Source of the DNA: a virus | Taxonomy: Duplodnaviria; Caudoviricetes | Reading direction: 5' to 3' (one strand) | DNA length: 45,489 bases | Virus record (IMG/VR): IMGVR_UViG_3300011429_000012 | Coordinates: 1 to 45,489 of that record | In this document: piece after piece, positions 8,300-17,926 of the stretch | Layout of the letters: every line of letters starts with the position of its first letter | Numbering within the stretch: the first letter of the stretch is position 1 | Program-made: the position numbers and the translations under genes | Notes under the pieces: model-generated | Database searches by the model: none | Told to the model about the DNA's origin: nothing | What the model saw: the letters and a program-made list of their open reading frames with translations, nothing else

Positions 8300-8648
8300 T
8301 CCTCATTGTTCTCATTGTTTAGAGTTACGGAGGGAAAAATTAGTTTGTAATTCCTGTGAAACATTAAGATCACAGTTAGCTGAAGCTAATCATGAAAAGA
8401 AACAGTTACTGGCGAGAGTATTAAGTCAAGGGAATAATACTGTTATAACTAATCAGATCGAACAAGAAGAACCATTTAAACAGTTAAATCCTAAACATTT
8501 ACCCTGGCCTGCTAAAAGATTTCAGTTAGAAGAAGCTGATAGATTACGGGCAATGGAATTAGATAAAGAAAAGCAAGTTAGAGCTGATATAGATAAACGA
8601 AATGCCGAATTAGAGAAAGAAGTATTAGGAGCTGAAAATCATGTCTGA
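8271..8648 (+). CDS. hypothetical protein with CxxC motifs and coiled coil
   Basis: GGAGG Shine-Dalgarno; CSHC and CNSC motifs. Confidence 0.7.
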   Translation: MFLWLHHLLNPHCSHCLELRREKLVCNSCETLRSQLAEANHEKKQLLARVLSQGNNTVITNQIEQEEPFKQLNPKHLPWPAKRFQLEEADRLRAMELDKEKQVRADIDKRNAELEKEVLGAENHV

Positions 8649-8853
8649 CGGTATTGGACCCTCGACACCATTCATGGATAAACTCTCTCAAAGAATGAGA
8701 GGACAGAGATCATCTATAAGTATGCCTGGTAAGGATGTGAATTTAGAAGCACCAAAGAAAAAGAAGAAGTTTGGATTTATTGAATCTGGTAGTAAAGCTG
8801 ATGAAATGGTTAGTGGATTTAATAAGTTACGTGAATTAGTAAAGAAGAAGTAA
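8641..8853 (+). CDS. small basic hypothetical protein
   Basis: AGGAG Shine-Dalgarno; overlapping start. Confidence 0.65.
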   Translation: MSDGIGPSTPFMDKLSQRMRGQRSSISMPGKDVNLEAPKKKKKFGFIESGSKADEMVSGFNKLRELVKKK

Positions 8854-8854
8854 T

Positions 8855-9016
8855 ATGCCTGCTAAATCGGGTAAACAATATAGATTCATGCAGATGATGG
8901 CTCATAACCCTTCTGCTAAGACTACTAAAGGTATAGGTCCATCTCCTGAAGTGGCAAAAGAATTTATACATAAGACTAGCGCAGCTAAGCGTAAGTTATT
9001 TTCAAAGTCTAGATAG
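8855..9016 (+). CDS. small basic protein, 53 aa (MPAKSGKQYRFMQMMAHNP...)
   Basis: Manual translation; fills the gap before the portal exactly; resembles small MPxKSxxQxRxM proteins of phage head modules. Confidence 0.7.
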   Translation: MPAKSGKQYRFMQMMAHNPSAKTTKGIGPSPEVAKEFIHKTSAAKRKLFSKSR

Positions 9017-11413
9017 ATGCCCAAAAAAGAAGAACTTACGGACGATTTAAAGCAAAAGCTCGGCACTATCCTTGATGCTATTGATAGAGAGGATACAGTA
9101 ACGCGCGAGCGACAGATTCGTAAGTATAGGTATTTTAAATTATTATGGGAAGGTTTCAGTCAAACATGGTGGAGCACTACTGCGCATGATTGGAGAGTGT
9201 ATGATGCACAATCTTCTTTAGGTGATAATCAAGGTGGCTATTACGATAAACCAATTAATGTCTTTCGAGCCTACCTTGAGTCAATTATTGCTGCTCTTTC
9301 TATCACCGTTCCTCCTGTTACTTGTTATCCTGACGATGCTACTAATCCGTTGGATTTGGAAACAGCTAAGGCTGGTGATAAGATAGGTCAGTTAATTTAT
9401 AGACATAATAATGTAAGTCTTACATGGTTACACGCGCTCTATATTTATTGCACGGAAGGTCCTGTATTTGCTTATTCTTATCCTAAAGAAGATAAGGAAT
9501 ATGGGACATATGAAGAAAAACAATATAAAGACGAAAAAGAAGAAAAATATGTATGCCCGCATTGTCAGATGCAGTTAGATGATGCAGTAATGCATGGCGC
9601 GCCTCCCGAATTAGTTGAAGGTATGACTGATTCTAATGAGGCATTTACACAAGATTTGCAAGATCAATATCAGCCTAGTGATGTAGATGCTGAATTACAG
9701 AATTTAATACAGAACGAATCGATGATTGTCTGTCCTGAATGTGCTAAGGAATTAGACCCATCGATGGAAAAGTCTGTATTCATTGTTCGTAGAATGGTTG
9801 GAACTACTACTAAACCTAAGACTCGGCAATGCCTAGAAGTCTATGGTGGTTTATACGTAAAGATTCCAAATTGGGCAATGTTTCAAAAGGATTGTCCATA
9901 TTTACGATTTAGTTATGAAACTCATTATACTTGTGCTATTGATAGATATCCTAAATTAAGAGAATCTGGTAAACTTGGTCCTAATGGAATGGGTAGAGGA
10001 CCAGATGATCCATATGAACAGTGGGGACGTTTAAATCCTCAATATAGAGGAGAATACCCAGATAATACTGTTACTGTTAATACTTATTGGATTAGGCCAG
10101 AGACTACTAATCTATTAACAGATGAAAAGGATATTTCTGAATTAAAAAGACTATATCCTAATGGAATTAAGGTAGTTCGGATTAATGATACAGTTGTAGA
10201 TGCAGAGAATGAATCTCTTGATGATTGCTGGACTATTACTTATAATCCACTAAGTGATTATCTTGTTCATGATCCATTAGGTGAATCATTAGTTTCTGTT
10301 CAGGATATTACAAATACTTTAATTAGTCTAGTATTACAGACTATCGAGCATGGAATACCTCAAACATTTGTATCTCCTGCGGTATTAAATATTGATGCCT
10401 ATGGACAGACTGAAGCTACACCTGGGGCTATTACAGCTACTAAGGCTAACTTCAATAAACCTTTGTCTGAAGGATTCCAAACTATTCAAACGGCTACATT
10501 ATCTCAGGAAGTAATGCCGTTTGCTAATAAGATTCAGGAATTAGGTCAATTAGTTACAGGCGCGTTACCGAGTTTATTTGGTGGTCAGTTAGATGGAAGT
10601 AAAACCGCGTCTGAATATTCAATGTCGCGTGCTCAGGCGTTACAACGATTACAGAATACATGGAAAATATTTACATGTTGGTGGAAAGAAATCTTCGGTA
10701 AGATGATTCCTTCTTACATTGAATGTTTACATGAGGATGAGAAGTTTGTAACTAAAGATAGTCAGGGCGATTTCTTAAATGTTTATGTAAAGAAAGCTGA
10801 ATTAAAGGGTAAGATTGGTAATGTTGAATTAGAGGCGAATGAAAATCTACCTATTACGTATGCTCAAATTAAAGATGTTGTAATGAAGATGTTTGAGCTT
10901 AATAATCCTGAAATTCTTGAAGCATTGGCGAGTCCTGAAAATCTACCAATCTTAAAGAAAGTATTAGGATTAGATGCTTTCGTTATTCCTGGTGAATCAG
11001 ATAGACAGAAGCAGTATGAAGAAATTAAAGATTTATTAGCATCACAGCCATTAATGGTTCCACCTGATCCTAATGTAGTAGAACAAATGGTTCAGTCAGG
11101 GGAACAAATTAATCCTGAAATGATGCAGGGACAGGAACAACCGTCTGTTGCTATTGATCCTGATGTTGATAATCATGAAATCGAGGCATATATTTGTAGG
11201 ACATTCTTAGTATCTGATGCGGGTAGATATGAAAAAGTAAAAAATCCAAATGGGTATCGAAATGTCCTTCTTCATATGAAGGCGCATCAACAGGTATTAC
11301 AACAGCAACAAATGCAACAAATGCAGATGCAAGCAATGATGGGTGGGCCACAAGGTCCAGGTAAAGATAAAGAAAAACCAAGCAATAATCCAAAGGAACA
11401 AATAAATGCCTGA
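9017..11413 (+). CDS. portal protein (podovirus/P22-like)
   Basis: 798 aa between terL and scaffold; PINVFR early motif, SVQDITNTL helix, KTASEYSM..AQALQRL, Gln/Met-rich tail. Confidence 0.85.
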   Translation: MPKKEELTDDLKQKLGTILDAIDREDTVTRERQIRKYRYFKLLWEGFSQTWWSTTAHDWRVYDAQSSLGDNQGGYYDKPINVFRAYLESIIAALSITVPPVTCYPDDATNPLDLETAKAGDKIGQLIYRHNNVSLTWLHALYIYCTEGPVFAYSYPKEDKEYGTYEEKQYKDEKEEKYVCPHCQMQLDDAVMHGAPPELVEGMTDSNEAFTQDLQDQYQPSDVDAELQNLIQNESMIVCPECAKELDPSMEKSVFIVRRMVGTTTKPKTRQCLEVYGGLYVKIPNWAMFQKDCPYLRFSYETHYTCAIDRYPKLRESGKLGPNGMGRGPDDPYEQWGRLNPQYRGEYPDNTVTVNTYWIRPETTNLLTDEKDISELKRLYPNGIKVVRINDTVVDAENESLDDCWTITYNPLSDYLVHDPLGESLVSVQDITNTLISLVLQTIEHGIPQTFVSPAVLNIDAYGQTEATPGAITATKANFNKPLSEGFQTIQTATLSQEVMPFANKIQELGQLVTGALPSLFGGQLDGSKTASEYSMSRAQALQRLQNTWKIFTCWWKEIFGKMIPSYIECLHEDEKFVTKDSQGDFLNVYVKKAELKGKIGNVELEANENLPITYAQIKDVVMKMFELNNPEILEALASPENLPILKKVLGLDAFVIPGESDRQKQYEEIKDLLASQPLMVPPDPNVVEQMVQSGEQINPEMMQGQEQPSVAIDPDVDNHEIEAYICRTFLVSDAGRYEKVKNPNGYRNVLLHMKAHQQVLQQQQMQQMQMQAMMGGPQGPGKDKEKPSNNPKEQINA

Positions 11414-12584
11414 TGAAGTCGTTACTCCAGAATTAACAACTGAAGAAATTATCTTTGCCGAAGATCCTACAGATAAAGATGAACCTCTTAAACTTCCTGA
11501 TGAAGAAAAGACTGAAAAAGTTGATAAGGAAGATAAAGAGGATAAAGAAGAACCAGAAATTGAAATTAAAGACGAAGATGAATTTAATATTGTTACACCC
11601 GTAAATCGTAAGGAAATTCTTGCTAAGTTCCCTGATTTATATAAGACTTATCCGTTTATTGAAACGGCTTTAAGTCAACATAAACAGTTTACGGAAATTC
11701 TGCCTACCATTGATGATGCTAAAGAAGCAATGGAAAAGGCTTCTGCTTATGATAATTTATATTCAGAAGCAATGGATGGTAAGACGGAATCAATTTTATC
11801 AGCAGTTAGGGAAGAAGATAAGGAAGCCTTTAATCGTATCGTAGATGATTATCTACCTACTCTTGCTAGAGTTGATGAAGCGGCATTCCATCATGTGGTA
11901 GGTAATTTATTCAAAGATGCAGTTAGTAGGATGTATGGTGAGGCGCGCAATAGTAAGAATGAAGCATTAGAGAACGCGGCCCATATTCTTCATCAGTGGG
12001 TATTTGGAACTACTGAATGGAAACCAATTCAAACTTTAGCCAAACCTAAGGATAAAGTTGATGAGGTTAAGCAGCGGGAAGAAGAATTTGTTAATGAAAG
12101 ATTTCAGGTTACTTTATCTGATCTGAATACGCGCGTAAGTAATGTTCTTAAAGCCACGATTGATAATAATATTGATCCTGGCAAGTCAATGACTACGTTC
12201 ATTAAGAAACAGGCCGTAAAAGAGGCCCAAGCTCATTTGGAAGAATTAATTGCTAACGACAAACAGTATCGTGCAATTAATGACAGATTATGGCAAAATG
12301 CATTTAAGGCTAATTTCAGCCAAGAATCTATTAATAAGATTCGTTCTAATTATCTCGCAAGGGCTAAATCTCTCCTACGCCCTGTATTAGCAAAAGCGCG
12401 AACAGATGCTTTAGAGGGTTTAGATATTAAGCCCAAAGAAGAAGATGGAAAAGATAGACGTGGTAGATTACCAGTGGGGCGTTCCGCAGCTCAAAATACA
12501 AATAGTCAAAGCGGCAAGTCCATTAAAGACCAGGCTATGGCTATTAAGCCAGGCATGTCAACGTATGATATCTTGATGAGTTAA
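11406..12584 (+). CDS. capsid scaffolding protein
   Basis: Acidic N-terminus, helical body, basic C-terminus; lies between portal and capsid. Confidence 0.7.
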   Translation: MPDEVVTPELTTEEIIFAEDPTDKDEPLKLPDEEKTEKVDKEDKEDKEEPEIEIKDEDEFNIVTPVNRKEILAKFPDLYKTYPFIETALSQHKQFTEILPTIDDAKEAMEKASAYDNLYSEAMDGKTESILSAVREEDKEAFNRIVDDYLPTLARVDEAAFHHVVGNLFKDAVSRMYGEARNSKNEALENAAHILHQWVFGTTEWKPIQTLAKPKDKVDEVKQREEEFVNERFQVTLSDLNTRVSNVLKATIDNNIDPGKSMTTFIKKQAVKEAQAHLEELIANDKQYRAINDRLWQNAFKANFSQESINKIRSNYLARAKSLLRPVLAKARTDALEGLDIKPKEEDGKDRRGRLPVGRSAAQNTNSQSGKSIKDQAMAIKPGMSTYDILMS

Positions 12585-12589
12585 ATATT

Positions 12590-13846
12590 ATGGCAGTAGT
12601 TGAACAACAGGTAAATGCATTAGAACTTGAAAAGGTCGTTCCTAAGATTGCAGTTGCATTTGAAAGAGATGATAAGTTTTTCTCGAACATTAAGAAGCGT
12701 GATGTTCAGAAAGTTTCAGCTCGTCAGATGCGTGTTCCGATTGCATTAAGGCCCGGCGGTAAGTTCAAGTATTATAATGCAGATGGTGGTGGGTTAGGTC
12801 GTGGTGGTGGCCCAACGTGGGATAAGGCGTTAGTTTCTTGTGTATTCGTTGCTGAGGCAATTGAATATACGAAATTAACGGAATGGTCTACAGATTCTGA
12901 TGCTAAGGCAATCGAGAATGGTCCTAAGAGGATGATTGCTGATACGTTAGATGAATTGAGGCGTCAACTAGATAGTCAGATGATGCAGCCGGGTAATGGT
13001 GTTATTGGAACTGTTACTACTGATACTCCAGCAGCGGGAAGTAACGTAATTGTTTTAACCACTGATGGATTTGGCGCGCGATTAATGCGGTTCAATCAGG
13101 ATGTTCAGGTATTTGATACCACATTGGTAACGAATCGTGGAACGGCTACGATTACCCAGTATGATATTGAAAATAATACTATTAGTCTGACTCCTCAGAT
13201 TGCAGGTGTAGTCGCAGGTGATAAGATTGTGGTTGATGGTATTGCATCTCCATTATCTTTACCTGCTATTTATGGAGTTCCTTACCATCACAGTAATAGT
13301 TCAACTGGAACATGGTTAGGATTCCCGCGCTCTACTACGCCTGAAATTCGTGCATCTAGAGTTAATGGCAATAACAACGCGTTTGCACTTCCATTAGCGC
13401 GTCTTGCTATTAATAAGATTGGTAATAGGACTGGAATTGATAACAATTTCTCTCCTAATGCATGGATGCATCCTGCACAGAAGCAGGCATATGAGGAGTT
13501 AGGTCAGTTAGTTTCTATTATCCAGAAGCAGGCTAAGGATGAATCATTAAATCTTTACTTTGGCGGCCAGATGCAAATGGCTGGTTCTACAGTAAAGGAA
13601 TCCTTTAGCTGGGATAAGACACGTATCGACTTTGTTACGGATTCTGTCTGGGGTCGTGGAGAAATCCTTCCAATTGGTTTCTACACGTCTGATGGCCGTA
13701 ATATTTTCGAGATTCGTGATTCTGTTGGTGGTGTTGCTACGGCTGATATTTTCTATATGACCGTTGGTATGCAGGCGTATGTTAATAATCCTGCTGCTTG
13801 CGCTTATATCGATAATTTGGCTGTTCCTGCTGGATATGTGAGCTAA
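12590..13846 (+). CDS. major capsid protein
   Basis: 418 aa after the scaffold; HK97-like organisation with long helix DTLDELRRQLDSQMMQPGNG and an insertion domain. Confidence 0.85.
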   Translation: MAVVEQQVNALELEKVVPKIAVAFERDDKFFSNIKKRDVQKVSARQMRVPIALRPGGKFKYYNADGGGLGRGGGPTWDKALVSCVFVAEAIEYTKLTEWSTDSDAKAIENGPKRMIADTLDELRRQLDSQMMQPGNGVIGTVTTDTPAAGSNVIVLTTDGFGARLMRFNQDVQVFDTTLVTNRGTATITQYDIENNTISLTPQIAGVVAGDKIVVDGIASPLSLPAIYGVPYHHSNSSTGTWLGFPRSTTPEIRASRVNGNNNAFALPLARLAINKIGNRTGIDNNFSPNAWMHPAQKQAYEELGQLVSIIQKQAKDESLNLYFGGQMQMAGSTVKESFSWDKTRIDFVTDSVWGRGEILPIGFYTSDGRNIFEIRDSVGGVATADIFYMTVGMQAYVNNPAACAYIDNLAVPAGYVS

Positions 13847-13858
13847 TAGGAGATTAAA

Positions 13859-14170
13859 ATGAGTAACCTTAATTTCCAAGAAATTAGTTCAGTCCAGAAT
13901 ATTGCCGGAGCAGGAGTTAGAACTATTGCATCTGCAACTAGTATTTCTCCTACTACTCCATTAACTAAATTAACTGGTGCAGTTGCGTTAGCTACGGTTG
14001 TTCCACCTGTAGATGGAGTTCATTGTCTCTATTTAGTTTCTACAGATGGAGTAATTGTAATTGGAACTGGTGGTAATATTCTTGTTGGATATTCTACCGT
14101 TCAGAATCGACCCATTATGTTAATTTATGATCCCTTACAGGGAAAATATTACATTAATGCAGTTGTCTAA
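13859..14170 (+). CDS. putative capsid decoration protein, paralog 1
   Basis: Directly after the capsid gene; shares motifs with 15162..15488 and 15485..15769. Confidence 0.6.
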   Translation: MSNLNFQEISSVQNIAGAGVRTIASATSISPTTPLTKLTGAVALATVVPPVDGVHCLYLVSTDGVIVIGTGGNILVGYSTVQNRPIMLIYDPLQGKYYINAVV

Positions 14171-14253
14171 CTAAATGTGCAAGGGGGCGCGCATCTTACA
14201 CGCGCAATAACTCTGGTCTAATTAGACTGTCCTTTTATGGATGGAGTAAATCA

Positions 14254-14907
14254 ATGCCTGGAAATGAACAGTTTGGACGCGGTAATATTTGGGCATCATT
14301 AAAGTCTGTATTTAATCTTGATGCCGGTTGGTATGTATTTGCAGGAACTCCTGTTAATGGCGCGGCTGGAACTTATTTCGGTAAGGCAGGATTAGGGGCT
14401 AAATTACTAGATTCTACGACTGGAATTTGGTATGTTAATTTAGGCACTAGGACTGTTCCACAGTGGAATCCATTAGGTGGACCTGTAGCATTAGGTGTGG
14501 GTGGTTCTACTGGTGGAGGATTAGGTGCAGTAGGTAATGCGAAGATGACATATGACTTCGCATCAGATGGCGGCGCTATTGCTACTATTACTCCAGCTAA
14601 TTCACCTACTGTTCCATTAGGAGCAATTGTTTTAGGTGGCGTAATTGATATTACGACTACACTTACTTCAGGTGGTGCAGCAACTATTGCATTAGGATTT
14701 GGTTCCGGCGCACAAGTTGCGGCATTAAAAGCTGCTACTGCTGTTGCATCTTATGCTGCTGGCACTACATTAGTAATTATTCCTATTTTTACATCTGCTA
14801 CTTATTATAAGTTAACTGCAGCTGCTAGAATGACTTTAACGGTAGCCGCTGTTGCGTTAACTGCTGGTAGAATGGATGTAAATATTGCTTATGTTCAGGG
14901 TAATTAA
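14254..14907 (+). CDS. putative virion decoration or spike protein
   Basis: GGAG Shine-Dalgarno; Gly/Ala/Thr-rich, beta-sandwich-like. Confidence 0.65.
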   Translation: MPGNEQFGRGNIWASLKSVFNLDAGWYVFAGTPVNGAAGTYFGKAGLGAKLLDSTTGIWYVNLGTRTVPQWNPLGGPVALGVGGSTGGGLGAVGNAKMTYDFASDGGAIATITPANSPTVPLGAIVLGGVIDITTTLTSGGAATIALGFGSGAQVAALKAATAVASYAAGTTLVIIPIFTSATYYKLTAAARMTLTVAAVALTAGRMDVNIAYVQGN

Positions 14908-14909
14908 TT

Positions 14910-15095
14910 ATGCCTAAGGATGCAATTCAGCATGATTTTGCAGTAGGTGATATAGTTAATGTTCCATGCTTAGTTACGGCTGTAGGTGGAACTGCTAGTC
15001 AGCCTAATGTGACTCTTACTACTAAGTATATTGGATGGGATGGAAACGCAGATACGGTTAGCGTTGATAGCAAGCAAGTGATTAAGGACGAATAA
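14910..15095 (+). CDS. small SH3-like hypothetical protein
   Basis: FAVGDIVNV motif; 61 aa. Confidence 0.6.
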   Translation: MPKDAIQHDFAVGDIVNVPCLVTAVGGTASQPNVTLTTKYIGWDGNADTVSVDSKQVIKDE

Positions 15096-15161
15096 GGAAA
15101 TGGGGTTATTTCAATATGCTAACTTATATAATGGGACATAAGGGATAATTGGAGTAACCCC

Positions 15162-15488
15162 ATGACTGATTTTCGAGATTTATCTACAAATAGAGAATTT
15201 GGTGGTATAGTAGTAACTACTTTAACTGTAGCTGCAACTATTAAACCTGCAAGTGTTTTTATAAAATTAGTGGGCACTGCAGCATCAATTATAAATATTA
15301 TTCCACCAATTGATGGATTTCATGAATTAAATTTCTTAATGGGAAATGATTTAATACTATTTGATAGTGGAGGTAATATAGTACTTCCTGTAGCTGGAAC
15401 AATGACTGCTGGTATGAATACAGTAGTTAAGTTGACATTTAATCCTTTAAATAGGCGTTATTACGCCTCGGCTATGTTAGCTTCATGA
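15162..15488 (+). CDS. putative decoration protein, paralog 2
   Basis: IIPPIDGFH, GGNI and FNPLNRRYY match paralog 1. Confidence 0.65.
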   Translation: MTDFRDLSTNREFGGIVVTTLTVAATIKPASVFIKLVGTAASIINIIPPIDGFHELNFLMGNDLILFDSGGNIVLPVAGTMTAGMNTVVKLTFNPLNRRYYASAMLAS

Positions 15489-15769
15489 GATATTATATGA
15501 ATATTATTCCAACAGAACTTACAATTTCGCCCAAAAATGTATTAAATGTTTTAGAGGGTGCTGGTAATATCCAAAATATTGTTCCTCCTTTGGAAGATTT
15601 TCATATATTATATTTTACTAATAAGGACGATTTTATTTTTTTCATATCTGGTGGTAATATTATATTAGTTGGTGAGCTACCACACAGTATAAGTGTTGGA
15701 CCTATTTATGGTTTAGCTTTTAATCCTGAGTTAAATAAATATCAGATAGTGGGTCATTTAACTCCATAA
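15485..15769 (+). CDS. putative decoration protein, paralog 3
   Basis: IVPPLEDFH, GGNI and FNPELNKY. Confidence 0.6.
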   Translation: MRYYMNIIPTELTISPKNVLNVLEGAGNIQNIVPPLEDFHILYFTNKDDFIFFISGGNIILVGELPHSISVGPIYGLAFNPELNKYQIVGHLTP

Positions 15770-15773
15770 TATC

Positions 15774-16313
15774 ATGGAACTCCGAGAAAAAATAGAGACG
15801 ATTAATCGTCAATTAGTTGATCATTTTGGGGTTGATACAGTAACTGGTCAACCTATGTGGAGACTTGTATGGGCTAATAATGTCCTTGAAAAGAGGCTTA
15901 TGACTCATACAGATAGTGGAATAGAATTATTACATCCAAGTGTTAGAGAAGTTCGAAAATATCAAAATGTTAAAGATCGTTATGTATTAGAACGATTAAT
16001 TGGATTAGACCCAATAAGTTCTGTCGAATATGGTGGGGATCAAATCTATTATTATCCTATGTGGACTTTTCAGGATAGATTTGGTCGATATTTACCCCCA
16101 TTCTTTGATGGATGTAAATTTATTGTAGATGGAGTATATGCAAAGGAAGGAAAGGTCAATATTAGCGCGCTCTATAATGACCCCGAGGCAGACCCTGAAA
16201 CTAAACGAAAGCGCGTAGATGCTTTAATTGAAGAACTATTCGGAGAACATCCGGGTTATACCGAAAAGAATCCTAATACAACAATTGGATTTCACCCAAA
16301 TATAAAAGGATAA
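15774..16313 (+). CDS. hypothetical protein (morphogenesis region)
   Basis: 179 aa ORF within the operon. Confidence 0.75.
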   Translation: MELREKIETINRQLVDHFGVDTVTGQPMWRLVWANNVLEKRLMTHTDSGIELLHPSVREVRKYQNVKDRYVLERLIGLDPISSVEYGGDQIYYYPMWTFQDRFGRYLPPFFDGCKFIVDGVYAKEGKVNISALYNDPEADPETKRKRVDALIEELFGEHPGYTEKNPNTTIGFHPNIKG

Positions 16314-16316
16314 GCA

Positions 16317-17021
16317 ATGCCCGCATCAAGCATGTTTGATATTCGTAATCGCCCCACAATTAGGGGTCCGGTTAATCCGTTAGATAGGTCTACAATTGTA
16401 TCAGTTTATAACAAGCAAATCATTGAACAGAAACCTACTATTCAGCCAGGTATTTTTATTCTAGAGCGCGGGACGTATGAAAAACCATCTCTAACTATTA
16501 TTGAACCATCTTCATGGTGGAAGGATGTTGATATTCAGCAGCCTTTGTTAGAGATTCCAATGGGTTCTGTAGTTATTGCAGAATCTGTTGTAAAGGATTA
16601 TTGTAATGGTTTGTTTGCTTGTAATATGAGTGATTGTATGCCGGGGATTTTCTTTGTTCCTGGCGTAATCAATGAATTACAATTAAAAACAGACGCGACC
16701 TTAAAGGCCCAATTAGCTAAGGCTAAAGATAAGCAGGATAAGTGGTATACCTTATTAGTTAAATTTGCTGATTCTTTCTGGGCAGTTACGAAAGGTAATC
16801 CGTTATCTATCATGGATGATATGATTATCGCTGCTAAGGAATTAGGATTAGATAAGGAATGGGCTAAGGCTCATGTTATTAGAGAACTAATTCGTTGTAT
16901 TGCTTGTGGTAATTTACGTAATCCAACTTATCCACGTTGTAATCATTGCCTAGAATATGTGGATAAGCCTCTGGCAATTAAACTCGGTTTACTTCCTGAC
17001 CCTGATAAGAAGAAGGAATAA
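16317..17021 (+). CDS. hypothetical protein with C-terminal Zn ribbon
   Basis: CIAC...CNHC; AGGA Shine-Dalgarno. Confidence 0.75.
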   Translation: MPASSMFDIRNRPTIRGPVNPLDRSTIVSVYNKQIIEQKPTIQPGIFILERGTYEKPSLTIIEPSSWWKDVDIQQPLLEIPMGSVVIAESVVKDYCNGLFACNMSDCMPGIFFVPGVINELQLKTDATLKAQLAKAKDKQDKWYTLLVKFADSFWAVTKGNPLSIMDDMIIAAKELGLDKEWAKAHVIRELIRCIACGNLRNPTYPRCNHCLEYVDKPLAIKLGLLPDPDKKKE

Positions 17022-17023
17022 TA

Positions 17024-17200
17024 ATGGAATACTTTATCCGTGGTTTAATCGCTGTAGTGGTATTTGTATTACTATATTTAGCAATTCCTTTAATTATATC
17101 TCTTGTAGGACTTCCGGTTCCACCTGCTGCAATTTCATTGATTTTTATATGTATTGTAGGTATTCTTTTAGCTTACGTTTATCGCGGTAAGGTGTGGTAA
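17024..17200 (+). CDS. two-TM membrane protein, holin candidate (58 aa)
   Basis: Manual translation MEYFIRGLIAVVVFVLLYLAIPLIISLVGLPVPPAAISLIFICIVGILLAYVYRGKVW; AGGA Shine-Dalgarno; basic C-terminus. Confidence 0.7.
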   Translation: MEYFIRGLIAVVVFVLLYLAIPLIISLVGLPVPPAAISLIFICIVGILLAYVYRGKVW

Positions 17201-17201
17201 A

Positions 17202-17924
17202 ATGTCCACGACTGACACTGTTGCATCAGATGTAATGGCATCTGCGGCCGCGCTATTAAATGATGCGGCGCAGGATACATATACTAATCCTGTTTGTATA
17301 CCTTATTTAAAGATTGCCTGTGATGAACTTCAGGAACAGTGTCAGTTATTTAATATTCCTTCGACTAATAAAACTTCTGCTATTATTAGTGTTGATAGTG
17401 GTGTTAATAGAATCACTAGCGTGGATGATCCTACCGCTGGTATACCACACTATCCAGATGATTTGGTAGAAATTCAACAGTTATGGGAAAGACAGACAGG
17501 AACTGAACAGGCTTTTGTTCCTATGACGAAGTTTGAATTTATACCGCATCAATGGGAAACCGCGCCTCCTATTGAAATGTTATTAGCATGGGTATGGATT
17601 GATCAGGAAATTCGATTTAGTAATGAGGGAAGTAATCAAAACAATGATGTTAAAATTGATTATATTAAGACTTTATTTCCTCAGCCTATTACATCTAATA
17701 CTGTTCTTGGAATCATTAACTCAAAGACTTTCTTGTCATATAGAACGGCTGCCTTACTTGCGTCTTTTTCAGGTGAAAACCCAACTAGGGCAGAAGAATT
17801 AAATGCTAATGCCGCGCTTGCTATGGATAGATTATTAGGCGTAGGTGTTAAGGGTAAGCAATCTATTATGACTAGACGTAGGCCATTTATGGCATCGTAT
17901 AAGTCACGTATGAGGAATTGGTAA
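17202..17924 (+). CDS. head-tail adaptor (tail tubular protein A-like)
   Basis: Helical N- and C-termini around a beta core (YPDDLVEIQQL); position before the nozzle gene. Confidence 0.65.
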   Translation: MSTTDTVASDVMASAAALLNDAAQDTYTNPVCIPYLKIACDELQEQCQLFNIPSTNKTSAIISVDSGVNRITSVDDPTAGIPHYPDDLVEIQQLWERQTGTEQAFVPMTKFEFIPHQWETAPPIEMLLAWVWIDQEIRFSNEGSNQNNDVKIDYIKTLFPQPITSNTVLGIINSKTFLSYRTAALLASFSGENPTRAEELNANAALAMDRLLGVGVKGKQSIMTRRRPFMASYKSRMRNW

Positions 17925-17926
17925 TC

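Noticed and set aside
14186-14227. GCGCG/CGCGC hairpin and GTCTAATTAGAC palindrome after the first decoration gene
   Set aside because: Short stems without an adjacent U-tract; too weak to call a terminator or operator
16957-17190. 77 aa Cys-rich ORF
   Set aside because: The other frame, 17024..17200, has a Shine-Dalgarno, fits the gap and encodes a clear two-TM protein
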